Virus record (IMG/VR): IMGVR_UViG_3300042429_001107
Reading direction: 5' to 3' (one strand)
DNA length: 64,000 nt
From: a virus
Shown: positions 31,285 through 44,787 of the stretch, piece after piece
Position numbering within the stretch: the first letter of the stretch is position 1
Layout: each line of letters opens with the position of its first letter
The notes under the pieces: model-generated
The model's input: only the letters and a program-made list of their open reading frames with translations
What the model was told of the DNA's origin: nothing
Database searches by the model: none
Position numbers and translations under genes: made by a program

Positions 31285-32691
31285 ATGATAATCGATATAG
31301 AAAATACAGGAGGCGGTTTAACGGTCTCACATTACACCGAAGAAGGTGAAGTTAATATGTTAAAAATCCCAGTACCAAAGGCATTACAATTTGTTTGGCA
31401 AAAGACACAGGATTACGATAAAGCCAAAGATAAAGAATGGCTTTCTTGGGACGCAAAACCTATTAAGAAAGTTTCTTCCACAAAATTTGATAAGTATAGA
31501 GTAGTAGAAATATTAGAAGCTATAGATCCGGAGATAACTAAACCTTTATGGGATTATCAGACTCCGAAAAAATACTTTGTCGATATAGAGGTAGAGATCA
31601 CAGATAATCGTGCAGATTCATTAGACACTGAGAATGCTAAGAATAGAGTGCTTTCAATAGGAATGGCTTCTTCTCACGGAAAGGTACTAGTGATTGGTCT
31701 ACAAGATATGACACCCGAAAGGATTCTTAAAATTGAAAAAAGAATTAAAGAGCATTTTAAAGACCAGGAAGGAGATTGGACATTTAATTATAGGAAGTTT
31801 GAAAGTGAATTTGATATGATGTACACATTTCTTTCTAAGTTAGTTCCAAAAATGCCTTTAATTACTGGATGGAACTGGTTTGGGTATGACTGGCCTTATT
31901 TGATAAACAGAGCTAGGAGATTAGGTATAGATCCTAAAATTGCTTCACCGAGTGGAGTTCTTCTAGGAAAGAATCAAATACCTATGCATGTACTAATGGT
32001 TGACTATCTGGACATTTACAAAAAATGGGATAGGGTAGTTAAGATCAGAGAATCTAATTCTTTAGACTATGTGGCAACTCAAGCAATTGGTATTAAAAAA
32101 ATTGCTTATAATGGAACATTAAAAGATTTATATGAATCTGATTTTGATACATTCATATTCTATAATGCTATTGACTGTGGTCTTGTTCATTATATTGATA
32201 GAAGACTCGATACTCTTTCTACATTCTTTAAAATAGCAGAAGTTAGTAGAGTGGAGATTAATAGAGCACTTTCTCCTGTATGGACTACAGAAGTACTTAT
32301 GTTAAGAAAATTCTTAGAAAGAAAAAGAGTTATACTAAGTGAAAGAAAAGAAGAGAACCACGTAAAATTTGAAGGAGCCTATGTAAAGAAACCAGAGAGA
32401 GGAATTTATGAATGGATCGCTTGCTTTGACTTTGCTTCACTGTATCCTAATACTATGATGCAATGGGGAATTTCACCAGAGGTTTATATAGGAAAGAATC
32501 TAAAAGAAATACCAGAAGGAGCAATTAAGACATCATCAGGAGCAGTATTTTACAGCAAAGAAGGAAAGGAACCTATACTTAGAGAAATATTACAAGGATT
32601 ATACTCGCAAAGGAAAGCAACTAAGAAGAAATATTTTGAATGTGAAAAAGAAATAGAAAAAATTAAAAAAGTAATAAAAACAAAACAATAA
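31285..32691 (+). CDS. Family B DNA polymerase, N-terminal part (3'-5' exonuclease + motif A)
   Basis: Exo I DIEVE, Exo II GWNWFGYDWPY, Exo III YNAID, motif A FDFASLYP; ends in the first fingers helix. Confidence 0.9.
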   Translation: MIIDIENTGGGLTVSHYTEEGEVNMLKIPVPKALQFVWQKTQDYDKAKDKEWLSWDAKPIKKVSSTKFDKYRVVEILEAIDPEITKPLWDYQTPKKYFVDIEVEITDNRADSLDTENAKNRVLSIGMASSHGKVLVIGLQDMTPERILKIEKRIKEHFKDQEGDWTFNYRKFESEFDMMYTFLSKLVPKMPLITGWNWFGYDWPYLINRARRLGIDPKIASPSGVLLGKNQIPMHVLMVDYLDIYKKWDRVVKIRESNSLDYVATQAIGIKKIAYNGTLKDLYESDFDTFIFYNAIDCGLVHYIDRRLDTLSTFFKIAEVSRVEINRALSPVWTTEVLMLRKFLERKRVILSERKEENHVKFEGAYVKKPERGIYEWIACFDFASLYPNTMMQWGISPEVYIGKNLKEIPEGAIKTSSGAVFYSKEGKEPILREILQGLYSQRKATKKKYFECEKEIEKIKKVIKTKQ

Positions 32692-32700
32692 AAATAAATT

Positions 32701-33165
32701 ATGGCAAATTCAGACAACACATGCGCAGATCTTCCAGTAGAAGATTTTCACACAGGAGCAAACGATACATTCGGTTTGATCTACGACAAACAAAAAGAAT
32801 TACAAACTAGATACGGGTTTGATTTTAGCGATTGGACGCTAAAACAAATTGCAGATTTCTGGATGGTAAATAAACACGCAATGAGTGACGAACTAAATGA
32901 AATGTTTGACTCATTAGGAGGCGTTAAAGATGGTATTGGATCTGCAGCTTGGAAATACTGGAAAGGAGACAATAAGAAAGCAGCAGAGATGAAAATCTCA
33001 GATTTAACAGAATCCGACAAATTGGAATTATTTTATGAGTGGATTGATGGTTTACATTTCTTTATGAATTTTGCAATTTCTATGGGTATGACAAGTAAGG
33101 ATATTATTAATCTTTATATGGCAAAAAATTCAGAAAATCACGACAGACAGCAAAGAGGTTATTAA
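32701..33165 (+). CDS. All-alpha dUTPase/dCTP pyrophosphatase (gp56-like)
   Basis: DELNEM, WKYWK, EWIDGLHF, YMAKNSENHDRQQRGY. Confidence 0.8.
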   Translation: MANSDNTCADLPVEDFHTGANDTFGLIYDKQKELQTRYGFDFSDWTLKQIADFWMVNKHAMSDELNEMFDSLGGVKDGIGSAAWKYWKGDNKKAAEMKISDLTESDKLELFYEWIDGLHFFMNFAISMGMTSKDIINLYMAKNSENHDRQQRGY

Positions 33166-33188
33166 TATATAAAAGACAAAAAACATAA

Positions 33189-34169
33189 ATGGAAAAGTTA
33201 CTTACGCCGAATCCTAGAAGATTCTCATTATTCCCAGTACAAGAACCAGATATCTGGATGATGTACAAAACTGCAGAAGCTTCTTTCTGGACAGCAGAAG
33301 AGATTGATTTAGCACAAGATATTTCTCATTGGAGAGATAAGCTTAATGATAACGAAAGATATTTTATTAAGAACGTAATTGCTTTCTTTAATAACTCTGA
33401 TGGGATAGTTAATGAAAATCTTGCAGCTAACTTTTTCAATCAAGTTCAGTATCCAGAAGCTAGATGCTTTTATGGATTTCAATTAGCTATTGAGAATATA
33501 CACGGGGAGGTTTATTCACTTCTTATAGATTCTTACATATCTGATGAGGAAGAGAAAGAACATCTATTTAATGCTATTGATACTGTTCCTGCTGTTAAAA
33601 GAAAAGCAGATTGGGCAATGAAATGGATTGATAATGGAACATTCACTGAGAATATGATTGCATTTGCTGCTGTTGAAGGTATTTTCTTTTCTGGATCTTT
33701 CTGTTCTATATACTGGCTAAAGAAAAGAGGACTTATGCCAGGTCTTTGCTTTGCCAATGAATTAATCTCTAGAGACGAAGGTCTACATTGTGATTTTGCT
33801 TGTTTACTTTACACTAAACACATCGAAAATAAACTTCCAGAGGAAACAGTGAAAGCTATTATTAGTGAAGCTGTAGAGATCGAGAAGGAGTTTGTTACTT
33901 CATCTTTACCTGTTAGATTAATTGGTATGAACGCTGATCTTATGTGCGAGTATATTGAATTTGTAGCAGATAGGCTTTTAACATCTCTGGGATGTTCTAA
34001 AATCTATGATACTAAATGTCCTTTTGATTTTATGATAAATATTGCTTTAGAAAACAAAGGAAATTTCTTCGAGGGTAGAGTTGGCTCATATCAGAAATCA
34101 GGAGTTATGGACAGTACCAAAGATAATGGAAATACAGGAAAAGCTTTTACAATGGATGCGGATTTTTAA
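33189..34169 (+). CDS. nrdB: Class Ia ribonucleotide reductase beta subunit
   Basis: [35 protein letters not shown]. Confidence 0.95.
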   Translation: MEKLLTPNPRRFSLFPVQEPDIWMMYKTAEASFWTAEEIDLAQDISHWRDKLNDNERYFIKNVIAFFNNSDGIVNENLAANFFNQVQYPEARCFYGFQLAIENIHGEVYSLLIDSYISDEEEKEHLFNAIDTVPAVKRKADWAMKWIDNGTFTENMIAFAAVEGIFFSGSFCSIYWLKKRGLMPGLCFANELISRDEGLHCDFACLLYTKHIENKLPEETVKAIISEAVEIEKEFVTSSLPVRLIGMNADLMCEYIEFVADRLLTSLGCSKIYDTKCPFDFMINIALENKGNFFEGRVGSYQKSGVMDSTKDNGNTGKAFTMDADF

Positions 34170-34194
34170 TTTCCAATAACATAGTAATTATTGA

Positions 34195-36627
<2,433 letters not shown>

Positions 36628-36628
36628 T

Positions 36629-36793
36629 ATGTACGATCACGTATACAGAATAACTGATTACCAAATAGAGGTAGATGGCGTAATGGAAAACCGTCAAAGA
36701 ATTCAATATTGGAATAACGAGGAAGATTATCTGATAGAGGAATATTACGGAGCACCGGGGGAAATACGTTCAGGATACACCCAAATTCAATAA
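36629..36793 (+). CDS. Small acidic protein, 54 aa, possible fibre partner/chaperone (not in ORF track)
   Basis: MYDHVYRITDYQIEVDGVMENRQRIQYWNNEEDYLIEEYYGAPGEIRSGYTQIQ, 1 nt after the collagen gene stop. Confidence 0.55.
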   Translation: MYDHVYRITDYQIEVDGVMENRQRIQYWNNEEDYLIEEYYGAPGEIRSGYTQIQ

Positions 36794-36822
36794 AAAAAGC
36801 GAAATAAATATTATTATTAGTG

Positions 36823-36850
36823 GAAACTAATGGGTTTATTTTTCTATAAT
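36823..36850 (+). promoter_or_regulatory. Middle-type promoter GAAAC-N17-TATAAT
   Basis: Upstream of nrdA. Confidence 0.6.
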
Positions 36851-36888
36851 TTTTTACATCAAATAAAATAAATAAAAATATAAAAATA

Positions 36889-39258
36889 ATGGAAGTAACA
36901 AAAAGAGACGGAGCTAAAGAAAGAGTTAAGCTTGATAAAATTTTAAATCGTGTTAAGAAGCAATCTTATGGTTTAAATATGGATTATATTGAGCCAATGG
37001 AAATTGCAAAGAAAGTTATACATGGTTTATATGATGGTATTTCTTCAGTAGAACTTGATACTTTAGCAGCAGAAACAGCAGCTGCTTTAACTCCTACTCA
37101 TCCTGACTATTCTATTTTAGCTTCCAGAATATGTGTTACTTCATTACATAAAAGAACTCCTAAAAGTTTTTCAAGTGTGATCGATCAGCTTTATAACTAT
37201 GTTGATCCTAAAACTGGATTAAAAGCCCCAATGATTGCTGATGATGTCTATGATATTATTATGAAGAATTCTAAAGATATAGATTCTCAAATTATTGCTG
37301 ATAGGGATTTAGATTATGATTATTTTGGATTTAAGACTTTAGAAAAATCATATCTTTTAAAGATTGACGGTTTACCAGCAGAAAGACCACAACAAATGTT
37401 AATGAGAGTTGCTATTGGTATACATAAAGAAGATTTAGCTTCTGCTTATAAAACATATGACTTAATGAGTCAAGGTTACTTCACACATGCTACACCTACT
37501 TTATTTAATGCAGGTACTAGAAGACCTCAGCTTTCTTCTTGTTTCTTAGTTTCAATGGATGGGGATTCAATTCAAGGCATTTATAAAACATTAGCAGACG
37601 TAGCTCAGATCTCTAAAAATGCGGGAGGTATTGGTTTACATATACATAATGTAAGAGGCACAGGAGCTTATATTAGAGGAACAAATGGTACTTCTAATGG
37701 AATTATCCCGATGTTAAAAGTATTTAATGAGACTGCAAGATACGTAGATCAAGGCGGAGGAAGAAGAAAAGGTTCCTTTGCTATTTATTTAGAGCCTTGG
37801 CATTGTGATGTTGAAGACTTCTTAAATCTTAGAAAAAATCACGGTAAAGAAGAAATGAGAGCTAGAGATCTTTTCTTAGCTTTATGGACTCCTGATTTAT
37901 TTATGCAGAGAGTTAAAGAAGATGGCGAATGGACTTTGTTCTCTCCAGACGAAGCTCCTGGATTAGATGATGTTTATGGTGATGACTTTGTTAAGCTTTA
38001 TACAAAATATGAAGAAGAAGGAAGAGGAAGAAAAACGATCAAAGCACAGGAGCTTTGGTATAAAATAATTGAAGCACAGATTGAAACAGGAACTCCTTAT
38101 ATGCTTTATAAGGATGCAGCTAATATCAAATCCAACCAGAAAAATTTAGGGACTATTAAATCTTCAAATCTTTGTACGGAGATTATGGAATATTCAGATT
38201 CTAAAGAAACTGCAGTTTGTAATTTAGCTTCTATTGCATTACCTAAATTTATTATTCCTGGTAAGAAACCTAAATATGATCTTATTGCTCTTAAGGATAT
38301 AGCTTACACCGCTACAATCAATCTTAATAGGGTAATTGATGTTAACTATTATCCTACAAAAGAGACTAAGACTTCTAATATGAAGCACAGGCCAATTGGT
38401 ATTGGTGTTCAAGGTCTAGCTGATACTTTTGCTATTCTAAAAATACCTTTTGAATCTGATGAAGCTAAAAATTTAGATAGAGATATTTTTGAAGCAATTT
38501 ATTACGGAGCTATGTGTGCTTCAGTTGATCTTGCAGAAAAAGAAGGAGCGTATCAAACCTTCAAAGGATCACCACTATCTAAAGGATTATTCCAATTTGA
38601 TCTATGGAATGAATCACCAAGTACAAGATGGGATTGGGAGGAATTAAGAGAAAGAGTTTTAACTCACGGAGCTAGAAACTCTTTATTGCTTGCACCTATG
38701 CCTACTGCTTCTACAAGTCAGATCTTAGGAAACAACGAATGCTTTGAACCATTCACTTCCAATATTTATATCAGAAAAACATTATCTGGTGAATTCCCAG
38801 TAGTTAATAAACATCTTGTTAAAGATCTAGTTAAACTTAATATGTGGGATGACAATCTTAGAGATAAGATCATAATCAATAATGGATCAGTTCAGGATAT
38901 TGCAGAAATACCTGATGAGATTAAGATCATTTATAAAACTGCTTGGGAAATGAGTCAGAAGATCATTATAGATCATGCTGCAGCACGAGCACCTTTTATA
39001 TGTCAAAGTCAAAGTATGAATTTGTTTGTTCAAGATGCCAACTTTGCCAAACTTTCTTCTGCTCATTTTTATGGGTGGGATAAAGGACTAAAGACTGGTA
39101 GTTATTATATAAGAACTAAAGCTGCTACTACAGCTATAAAAGGTCTAGGTATAGATCTTAGTAGAAACCAAGACATTCCTAAATCTGAAGATGATAACTA
39201 CAGTGATTTATCTTGTAGTATAGACAACCCAGAAGATTGTGAAGCTTGTGGATCATAA
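36889..39258 (+). CDS. nrdA: Class Ia ribonucleotide reductase alpha subunit with ATP cone
   Basis: VTKRDG ATP cone, [31 protein letters not shown]-terminal CEACGS. Confidence 0.95.
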   Translation: MEVTKRDGAKERVKLDKILNRVKKQSYGLNMDYIEPMEIAKKVIHGLYDGISSVELDTLAAETAAALTPTHPDYSILASRICVTSLHKRTPKSFSSVIDQLYNYVDPKTGLKAPMIADDVYDIIMKNSKDIDSQIIADRDLDYDYFGFKTLEKSYLLKIDGLPAERPQQMLMRVAIGIHKEDLASAYKTYDLMSQGYFTHATPTLFNAGTRRPQLSSCFLVSMDGDSIQGIYKTLADVAQISKNAGGIGLHIHNVRGTGAYIRGTNGTSNGIIPMLKVFNETARYVDQGGGRRKGSFAIYLEPWHCDVEDFLNLRKNHGKEEMRARDLFLALWTPDLFMQRVKEDGEWTLFSPDEAPGLDDVYGDDFVKLYTKYEEEGRGRKTIKAQELWYKIIEAQIETGTPYMLYKDAANIKSNQKNLGTIKSSNLCTEIMEYSDSKETAVCNLASIALPKFIIPGKKPKYDLIALKDIAYTATINLNRVIDVNYYPTKETKTSNMKHRPIGIGVQGLADTFAILKIPFESDEAKNLDRDIFEAIYYGAMCASVDLAEKEGAYQTFKGSPLSKGLFQFDLWNESPSTRWDWEELRERVLTHGARNSLLLAPMPTASTSQILGNNECFEPFTSNIYIRKTLSGEFPVVNKHLVKDLVKLNMWDDNLRDKIIINNGSVQDIAEIPDEIKIIYKTAWEMSQKIIIDHAAARAPFICQSQSMNLFVQDANFAKLSSAHFYGWDKGLKTGSYYIRTKAATTAIKGLGIDLSRNQDIPKSEDDNYSDLSCSIDNPEDCEACGS

Positions 39259-39270
39259 GATATAAAAAAA

Positions 39271-39918
39271 ATGAATAGACCTAAGAAGCTTAGCAATTTT
39301 AAAGAATTCGTAAAAGAATACGGAGATATAGATGGAAAAGAAGATACCAAAAAAACCCCATGTATAATTTTAGCAGGACCTCCGGGATGTGGTAAGGGAA
39401 CACAAGCTAGAATTATAGCCAAAGGTATGAGATGGAAACACATTTCAACTGGGGATATATTAAGGGATTCTGATAATAAAGAGATCAAGAAGTTAATGAA
39501 AACTGGTAATCTTCTTCCTGATGAGATTGTAGGTAAAGAGCTTATAGATTATCTTAAAAAATTAACTAAACATAGCGATCCTAAGGGATATATTTTTGAC
39601 GGATATCCTAGAAATCTTCAACAGAAGGCTATATTTGACGAGATTTGTAGAATTAATAATATCTCATTAGAATATGTTTTCTTTTTAAATGTCGCAGAGA
39701 AGATATTAAGGGAAAGAATAAAAGAAAGAAGTAAATCTTCGGGAAGATCTGATGATAAAAACGAGGAAGCATTCCAAATTAGAATGGATGAATATAATGA
39801 ACAGACGTTACCTATGATAGAATCTATGAGAAAAGGAGGAGGATTTTTGGAAATATCAGGGGAAAATAAATTGGATGATATTACTAAGCTGATATTTAAT
39901 AAAATTAATGAAATTTAA
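39271..39918 (+). CDS. adk: Adenylate kinase (short LID) with N-terminal extension
   Basis: GPPGCGKGTQA, HISTGDILR, DGYPRN, GRSDD. Confidence 0.9.
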   Translation: MNRPKKLSNFKEFVKEYGDIDGKEDTKKTPCIILAGPPGCGKGTQARIIAKGMRWKHISTGDILRDSDNKEIKKLMKTGNLLPDEIVGKELIDYLKKLTKHSDPKGYIFDGYPRNLQQKAIFDEICRINNISLEYVFFLNVAEKILRERIKERSKSSGRSDDKNEEAFQIRMDEYNEQTLPMIESMRKGGGFLEISGENKLDDITKLIFNKINEI

Positions 39919-39938
39919 TTGCAATTTTATTGTATAAT
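39910..39938 (+). promoter_or_regulatory. Middle-type promoter variant GAAAT-N18-TATAAT
   Basis: Same spacing; upstream of the glycosyltransferase. Confidence 0.5.
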
Positions 39939-39955
39939 AGTTAAATCTTAAAAAT

Positions 39956-41203
39956 ATGTCAAAATCAAAAACAGAAGAAATAGTTAAGGCAACTCCTACT
40001 ATATGTCTTACTATGATCGTTAAGAATGAATCTAAAGTCATAAGGAAATGCATAGATTCAGTTAGAGATTATATTAGTTATTGGGTTATTGTTGATACTG
40101 GATCAACCGATGGAACTCAAGATCTTATTAAAGAAATAATGGCCGAATATGGTATTCCTGGAGAATTACACGAAAGACCATGGGTAGATTTTGGATATAA
40201 TAGAACAGAAAATCTTAAACTTGCCAAAGACAAATCTGACTATAGACTTATTATAGATGCTGATGATGTGTTATTCGTAGAGAACGGAGAAAATCCATTT
40301 ATTAACCTAACTGAAGACTTCTATAAGATTAAATTAAGATTGGGAAGTCTGGCATATTATAGAACACAAGTAATTAGAGGAGATCAAGATTGGAAATATA
40401 TTGGTGTACTTCATGAATATCTTTCTGGACCTGAAGGAATAGATCTAACCGAAGAATTTTTACCCGAAGGTGTTGAAATGCACGCAGCAGTATCCGGGCA
40501 TAATAGAGATATCAAAGGGAAAGATAAGTATTACAATGATGCTTTAATATTTGAAAAGGCCATTATAACTACACCTAAGGAGGAACTTCCTATTGATTTA
40601 GAAAGAAGATATGTTTTTTATATGGCTCAAAGTTATAGAGATGCTGGAATGCACGAAAGATCTATAGAAGCTTATCAAAGAAGAGTAGATCTAGGTGGAT
40701 GGGCAGAAGAGGTTTACGTCTCTAAATATTGGATTGCTAGACAGAAACACTCATTAAACAAATCAGACGAGGAGATTATTGATGCTTATTTAAAAGCTTG
40801 GGAATATAGACCTAATAGACTTGAATCCCTTTATCATTTAATAAAATTCTTAGGAAGTAAAAAAAGATATGCTTTGGCTTTTGCTCTAGCTGCTGTTGGA
40901 ATGAAAACAGGATCTTGCTCAGATATTCTTTTCGTTGAAGATGAGATCTGGAAATGGAGAATGCCTGATGAATATTCAGTATTGGCTTATTATAATGGAA
41001 ATGCAGAGGAAGCACACAAAGTAACCACAATAATTATTAATTCCCCTCTATTTGATAAGATTTCTCCTAACGAACAAGAAAGAATCAGAAAGAATATGGA
41101 ATTCTATAGTAAAGCTATTACAAAAGCTACAGAACCTACAGAACCTACAGAACTTATAGAAGCTACAGAAGATGTAGAAGCTACAGAAGAAGTTAAAAAC
41201 TAG
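39956..41203 (+). CDS. GT2 glycosyltransferase with TPR repeats
   Basis: ICLTMIVKNE, VDTGSTDGT, IDADD, GVLHEYL, RYVFYMAQSYRDAG TPR region. Confidence 0.9.
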   Translation: MSKSKTEEIVKATPTICLTMIVKNESKVIRKCIDSVRDYISYWVIVDTGSTDGTQDLIKEIMAEYGIPGELHERPWVDFGYNRTENLKLAKDKSDYRLIIDADDVLFVENGENPFINLTEDFYKIKLRLGSLAYYRTQVIRGDQDWKYIGVLHEYLSGPEGIDLTEEFLPEGVEMHAAVSGHNRDIKGKDKYYNDALIFEKAIITTPKEELPIDLERRYVFYMAQSYRDAGMHERSIEAYQRRVDLGGWAEEVYVSKYWIARQKHSLNKSDEEIIDAYLKAWEYRPNRLESLYHLIKFLGSKKRYALAFALAAVGMKTGSCSDILFVEDEIWKWRMPDEYSVLAYYNGNAEEAHKVTTIIINSPLFDKISPNEQERIRKNMEFYSKAITKATEPTEPTELIEATEDVEATEEVKN

Positions 41204-41245
41204 GAATTAGTGAGGACGGAAGATATATAACATAAAAGTTATATC

Positions 41246-41731
41246 ATGAGAATTTTAAAATTTTCCGAATTCCTTAATGAGCAATCAGTTTATAATACAG
41301 GAGTCCCTTTATACAGAGGCACAAGTTTTGAGCCAGAAAGAACTATTAAAAGAAATCAATTAATTTCTGAATTAAGAAGTCTTTTAACTCAAGTAATGAA
41401 TGGTACTCTTTCCGAAATATCTTTAGTAGCAGAAATACCTACACAAGGTAAAAATGCTCCACAATATTTGAAAGATATTTATTCTGAAATGGGATACAAT
41501 CCAGGTAAAGATATGGAAGATGAGTACGATGAAGAAAACGACACTTATCTTGGTAACAGAGACAGAACTGGAGATGAACCATCTACAAACATATTTGTAG
41601 ATTCTGAATTTTTAGTTAAAGATGTAGATGAAGCTAGAAATGTTATTATAGCAATTCCTTATTCATTAAAAAAGAAAAACATCTTAGTTGAACTTACTCC
41701 AGAAATGATTGATGAAGCATTCATTAAATAA
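41246..41731 (+). CDS. Hypothetical protein with capsid-targeting-like N-terminus
   Basis: MRILKFSEFLNEQ; GATATATA at 41222-41229. Confidence 0.55.
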   Translation: MRILKFSEFLNEQSVYNTGVPLYRGTSFEPERTIKRNQLISELRSLLTQVMNGTLSEISLVAEIPTQGKNAPQYLKDIYSEMGYNPGKDMEDEYDEENDTYLGNRDRTGDEPSTNIFVDSEFLVKDVDEARNVIIAIPYSLKKKNILVELTPEMIDEAFIK

Positions 41732-41737
41732 TTAATT

Positions 41738-42097
41738 ATGGAATACGAAGATTTTCATTTAGTAAAAATCGGGGACCATACTTTTGTTTTAGAACAATGT
41801 AAAGATTTTTCAAAGGGACTTTCTAATAGAGAGCATCTTCTCGAAAATGAGGGGATGCTTTTTAATTTTAAAGAATCTGGTCCTAAAAGCTTTCATATGA
41901 AAGATTGTTATCTACCTCTTGATATTCTATTCATAAAAGAAGGCAAAATCCAAAAAATTTATCACAATTGTAGTCCATGCGAAACTGATGAGTGTCAAAA
42001 ATTTGAACATGATTCCGCAGATACTATTATTGAACTCCTAGGAGGCACATGTGAGAGCAATAATATTAGCGAAGGACTAATCTACAGACTGATGTAG
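41738..42097 (+). CDS. DUF192 family protein
   Basis: GLSNRE...EGMLF...FHMKDCYLPLDILFI...IELLGG. Confidence 0.85.
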   Translation: MEYEDFHLVKIGDHTFVLEQCKDFSKGLSNREHLLENEGMLFNFKESGPKSFHMKDCYLPLDILFIKEGKIQKIYHNCSPCETDECQKFEHDSADTIIELLGGTCESNNISEGLIYRLM

Positions 42098-42126
42098 GAA
42101 ACTTTTCCCTCTTTTACTGTTAAAAT
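42098..42126 (+). promoter_or_regulatory. Middle-type promoter GAAAC-N18-TAAAAT
   Basis: Upstream of the topoisomerase ATPase subunit. Confidence 0.65.
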
Positions 42127-42171
42127 ATATGTTACTAAGGTAAATTGTATTTTATAAAAATTAAATCTTGA

Positions 42172-43959
42172 ATGTCATCTAACAAAGAAATTAAAGTATT
42201 ATCAGAGAGGGAGCACATCCTATTAAGACCAACCGTTTATGTTGGGAGCGTTAAACCAACAGACGAGAAAGTACCAGTGATTCGCGATAGCCGTGTTTTT
42301 GTTGAGTCTAAGACCATATCAGTTGGAATGTATAAGTTATTTGATGAGGTATTCTCTAACTCATTAGACGAAGCTAAACGAATGAATGGCAAGATGAAGA
42401 AAATCACTATAGCTATTGATTCTAAAAGCAATTCCGTTTCTGTTAAAGATTCTGGTAATGGATTTTATAAAGGTACGGAGATTAATAAGATAAGTGAAAA
42501 ATCTAATATCGAAACTGCAGTATCACAATTAAGAGCAGGATCAAATTTCGAGAATGATGATGTTGAAGAATCACTAGTGGGTACTAATGGTATGGGTGTC
42601 AGCTTAGTTAATGTACTTTCTAAATATTTCAGTATCGAAACAGTAAATGATAAATTCTATTACTTTCAGGAATGGAAAAATTACGAGGGTAAAGATCCTA
42701 AGGTCTCTAAGAGATCGTCTGATATGAAAACTGGTACTTCAGTTACATTCACACCTCTTTCTGAAACATTTGGATATTCTAAATGGGACAAAGAAGTTCT
42801 TTCATCTATACTTATTCTAAAATACGATCTAATCAAAAGAGACCCGATTATAGGTAAACTTGAAATAGAATTATCTTGGGACGGGGAGTCAATAGATCTA
42901 TCTCCTGAATTTTTACCACAGGATTCTTTTAAGATTAATACAGAGATAGGTCAGATAACAATATGGGAAAAGTATGAAGGATCAGGATCATTAAGCTTTG
43001 TTAACTCCGCTCTTTGTTCTGGAATACACCAGAAGATATTTAATGACTTTGTAAACACAAAATTAGAAGACACATTAGGTCATCACTTTTACGATTGTCT
43101 AATTGTGCTAAATCTTCCACCTAAGTATGTTAAATTCGGAGATCAGAATAAAACTAGATTTGTTACAACAAGGGAAGAGATTGATAATTTACTGATGAAT
43201 AAATTTGGAGCTAAGTTACAAGGACTTTTTAAAACCGAACTATTTGAAAGAATAGCAAAGAAAGTTGAAGAGAGAAAGAATGATGGATACGTAAAAAAAC
43301 TTAGAGCAGAGAAAAGAAAAGTAAATCTTAAACATTCACACAAGTACTTTCCTGCACAAAAAGCTATTGCAGAAAATCTATTTATAGTTGAAGGACTTTC
43401 TGCTATGGGATCTATATTACAAAAAAGAAATCCTAAGGAAGATGGAGTTTATGCTCTAAAAGGCAAGATAAAGAATTGTAAAAATATTGGGGATCTTTCA
43501 GATAACAAAGAGATTCTTGAATTAATGCACATTCTAGGATTAGATCCCAGTTCTAGAAACAACGAAATTATAGGTTACAAAAGAATAGTTATTGCTACTG
43601 ACCCAGATCCGGATGGATCGCATATCACATCTTTATTAATAAATCTTTTTTATAAATGGTTTCCTACTGTTATTAAAAATAAAAGGTTAAGTTCATTAAA
43701 AATCCCTCTTGTTTCTGTAGGTGATGGAAAGAAAAGAAAATACTATTGGGACATGGATGATTTTAAAACTGCTAAGCCCACTGGTAATGTTAGATACTTA
43801 AAAGGATTAGGTTCTCTTTCTTTAGAAGATTGGGAATGGGTAATGAATAGAAAAGATTTTGTTGGAATAGATGAAAATTCAGATAGTAAGGAAAAACTAG
43901 AAATGGCATTTGGTGATTCTTCTGAGGCTCGGAAAAAATGGTTATCTAATATTAAATAG
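42172..43959 (+). CDS. Type IIA topoisomerase ATPase/Toprim subunit (GyrB/ParE, T4 gp39+60-like)
   Basis: EHILLRP..YVGS, DEVFSNSLDE, GTNGMG, VEGLSA, DPDPDGSHI, YLKGLGS. Confidence 0.9.
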   Translation: MSSNKEIKVLSEREHILLRPTVYVGSVKPTDEKVPVIRDSRVFVESKTISVGMYKLFDEVFSNSLDEAKRMNGKMKKITIAIDSKSNSVSVKDSGNGFYKGTEINKISEKSNIETAVSQLRAGSNFENDDVEESLVGTNGMGVSLVNVLSKYFSIETVNDKFYYFQEWKNYEGKDPKVSKRSSDMKTGTSVTFTPLSETFGYSKWDKEVLSSILILKYDLIKRDPIIGKLEIELSWDGESIDLSPEFLPQDSFKINTEIGQITIWEKYEGSGSLSFVNSALCSGIHQKIFNDFVNTKLEDTLGHHFYDCLIVLNLPPKYVKFGDQNKTRFVTTREEIDNLLMNKFGAKLQGLFKTELFERIAKKVEERKNDGYVKKLRAEKRKVNLKHSHKYFPAQKAIAENLFIVEGLSAMGSILQKRNPKEDGVYALKGKIKNCKNIGDLSDNKEILELMHILGLDPSSRNNEIIGYKRIVIATDPDPDGSHITSLLINLFYKWFPTVIKNKRLSSLKIPLVSVGDGKKRKYYWDMDDFKTAKPTGNVRYLKGLGSLSLEDWEWVMNRKDFVGIDENSDSKEKLEMAFGDSSEARKKWLSNIK

Positions 43960-43971
43960 ATATATACTTTA

Positions 43972-44724
43972 ATGATTTTAAGATTAAGCGATTTTGTTAA
44001 TGAGCAGGATTCGAATATTCCTGATGGAAGCGAGGGAACTCAAGCTCCCGTTAAGAGCTATGCAGGTAAACTAAAAATAAACTGGGATATGCCAGACCTT
44101 GCTGAGGAAATATCTCATTATGACGATAAAGCTAAATTGGAATTCTACCAGCATAATATTACTATTGGTAATAAAGATATAGGTAAAGTTGCTGCTAGAT
44201 CCACCAAGTTTTTTAAATATATTAATGAGCCATTTAAAAAAGGACACATGGAAACAATTCCTATTGTTTCTGAGGATGGATTTGATGTTAATAGTATTCA
44301 GAATTTAATGGCTTATGAGTTTGATAACATCATTGCTGGAGCATATGGTAGATCTTACGGAGATGTTCTAATAAAAATATCAGATGATCTTAAAAGAAAA
44401 GGCACTTTATCATTGCCTGCTCCTATTGTGATTAAATTTATAAATTTTGGAGAGACAAGAACATCTTCAGAATACAGCTATTATCTTTTTTCTGGTAATA
44501 GGATAGCTAACTTAGCATTACAATATAATATTCCACTAAGAGCTTTAGTATTAGATTTAGTTCCTTCAAGAAGAGACGTTAGAGAATTTGCACAAAAATC
44601 AGGTGCTACTACAGATCCGGTTAAATTCAAAAAGCTTCTTAGAAGAGAAACTGGTAAAGAAACTCTTGACGATCTTAATGCTAGAGAAAGATTTAAAATT
44701 ATACAATCTCTTAAAGATTTCTAA
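43972..44724 (+). CDS. Protein with ParB/sulfiredoxin-like segment and targeting-like N-terminus
   Basis: MILRLSDFVNEQ; LPAPIVI...YLFSGNRIANLA...IPLRALVL; GATATATA at 43959-43966. Confidence 0.45.
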   Translation: MILRLSDFVNEQDSNIPDGSEGTQAPVKSYAGKLKINWDMPDLAEEISHYDDKAKLEFYQHNITIGNKDIGKVAARSTKFFKYINEPFKKGHMETIPIVSEDGFDVNSIQNLMAYEFDNIIAGAYGRSYGDVLIKISDDLKRKGTLSLPAPIVIKFINFGETRTSSEYSYYLFSGNRIANLALQYNIPLRALVLDLVPSRRDVREFAQKSGATTDPVKFKKLLRRETGKETLDDLNARERFKIIQSLKDF

Positions 44725-44745
44725 TTCATTTAGAAAAAACTCCGG

Positions 44746-44783
44746 AATCATCTGAGCCCCTATTTAATTTCTAGATATATTTG
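44746..44783 (+). promoter_or_regulatory. Host-type (Bacteroidota primary sigma) promoter AATCAT...TATATTTG
   Basis: TAnnTTTG -7 element 4 nt before the uvsE start. Confidence 0.55.
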
Positions 44784-44787
44784 TAGT

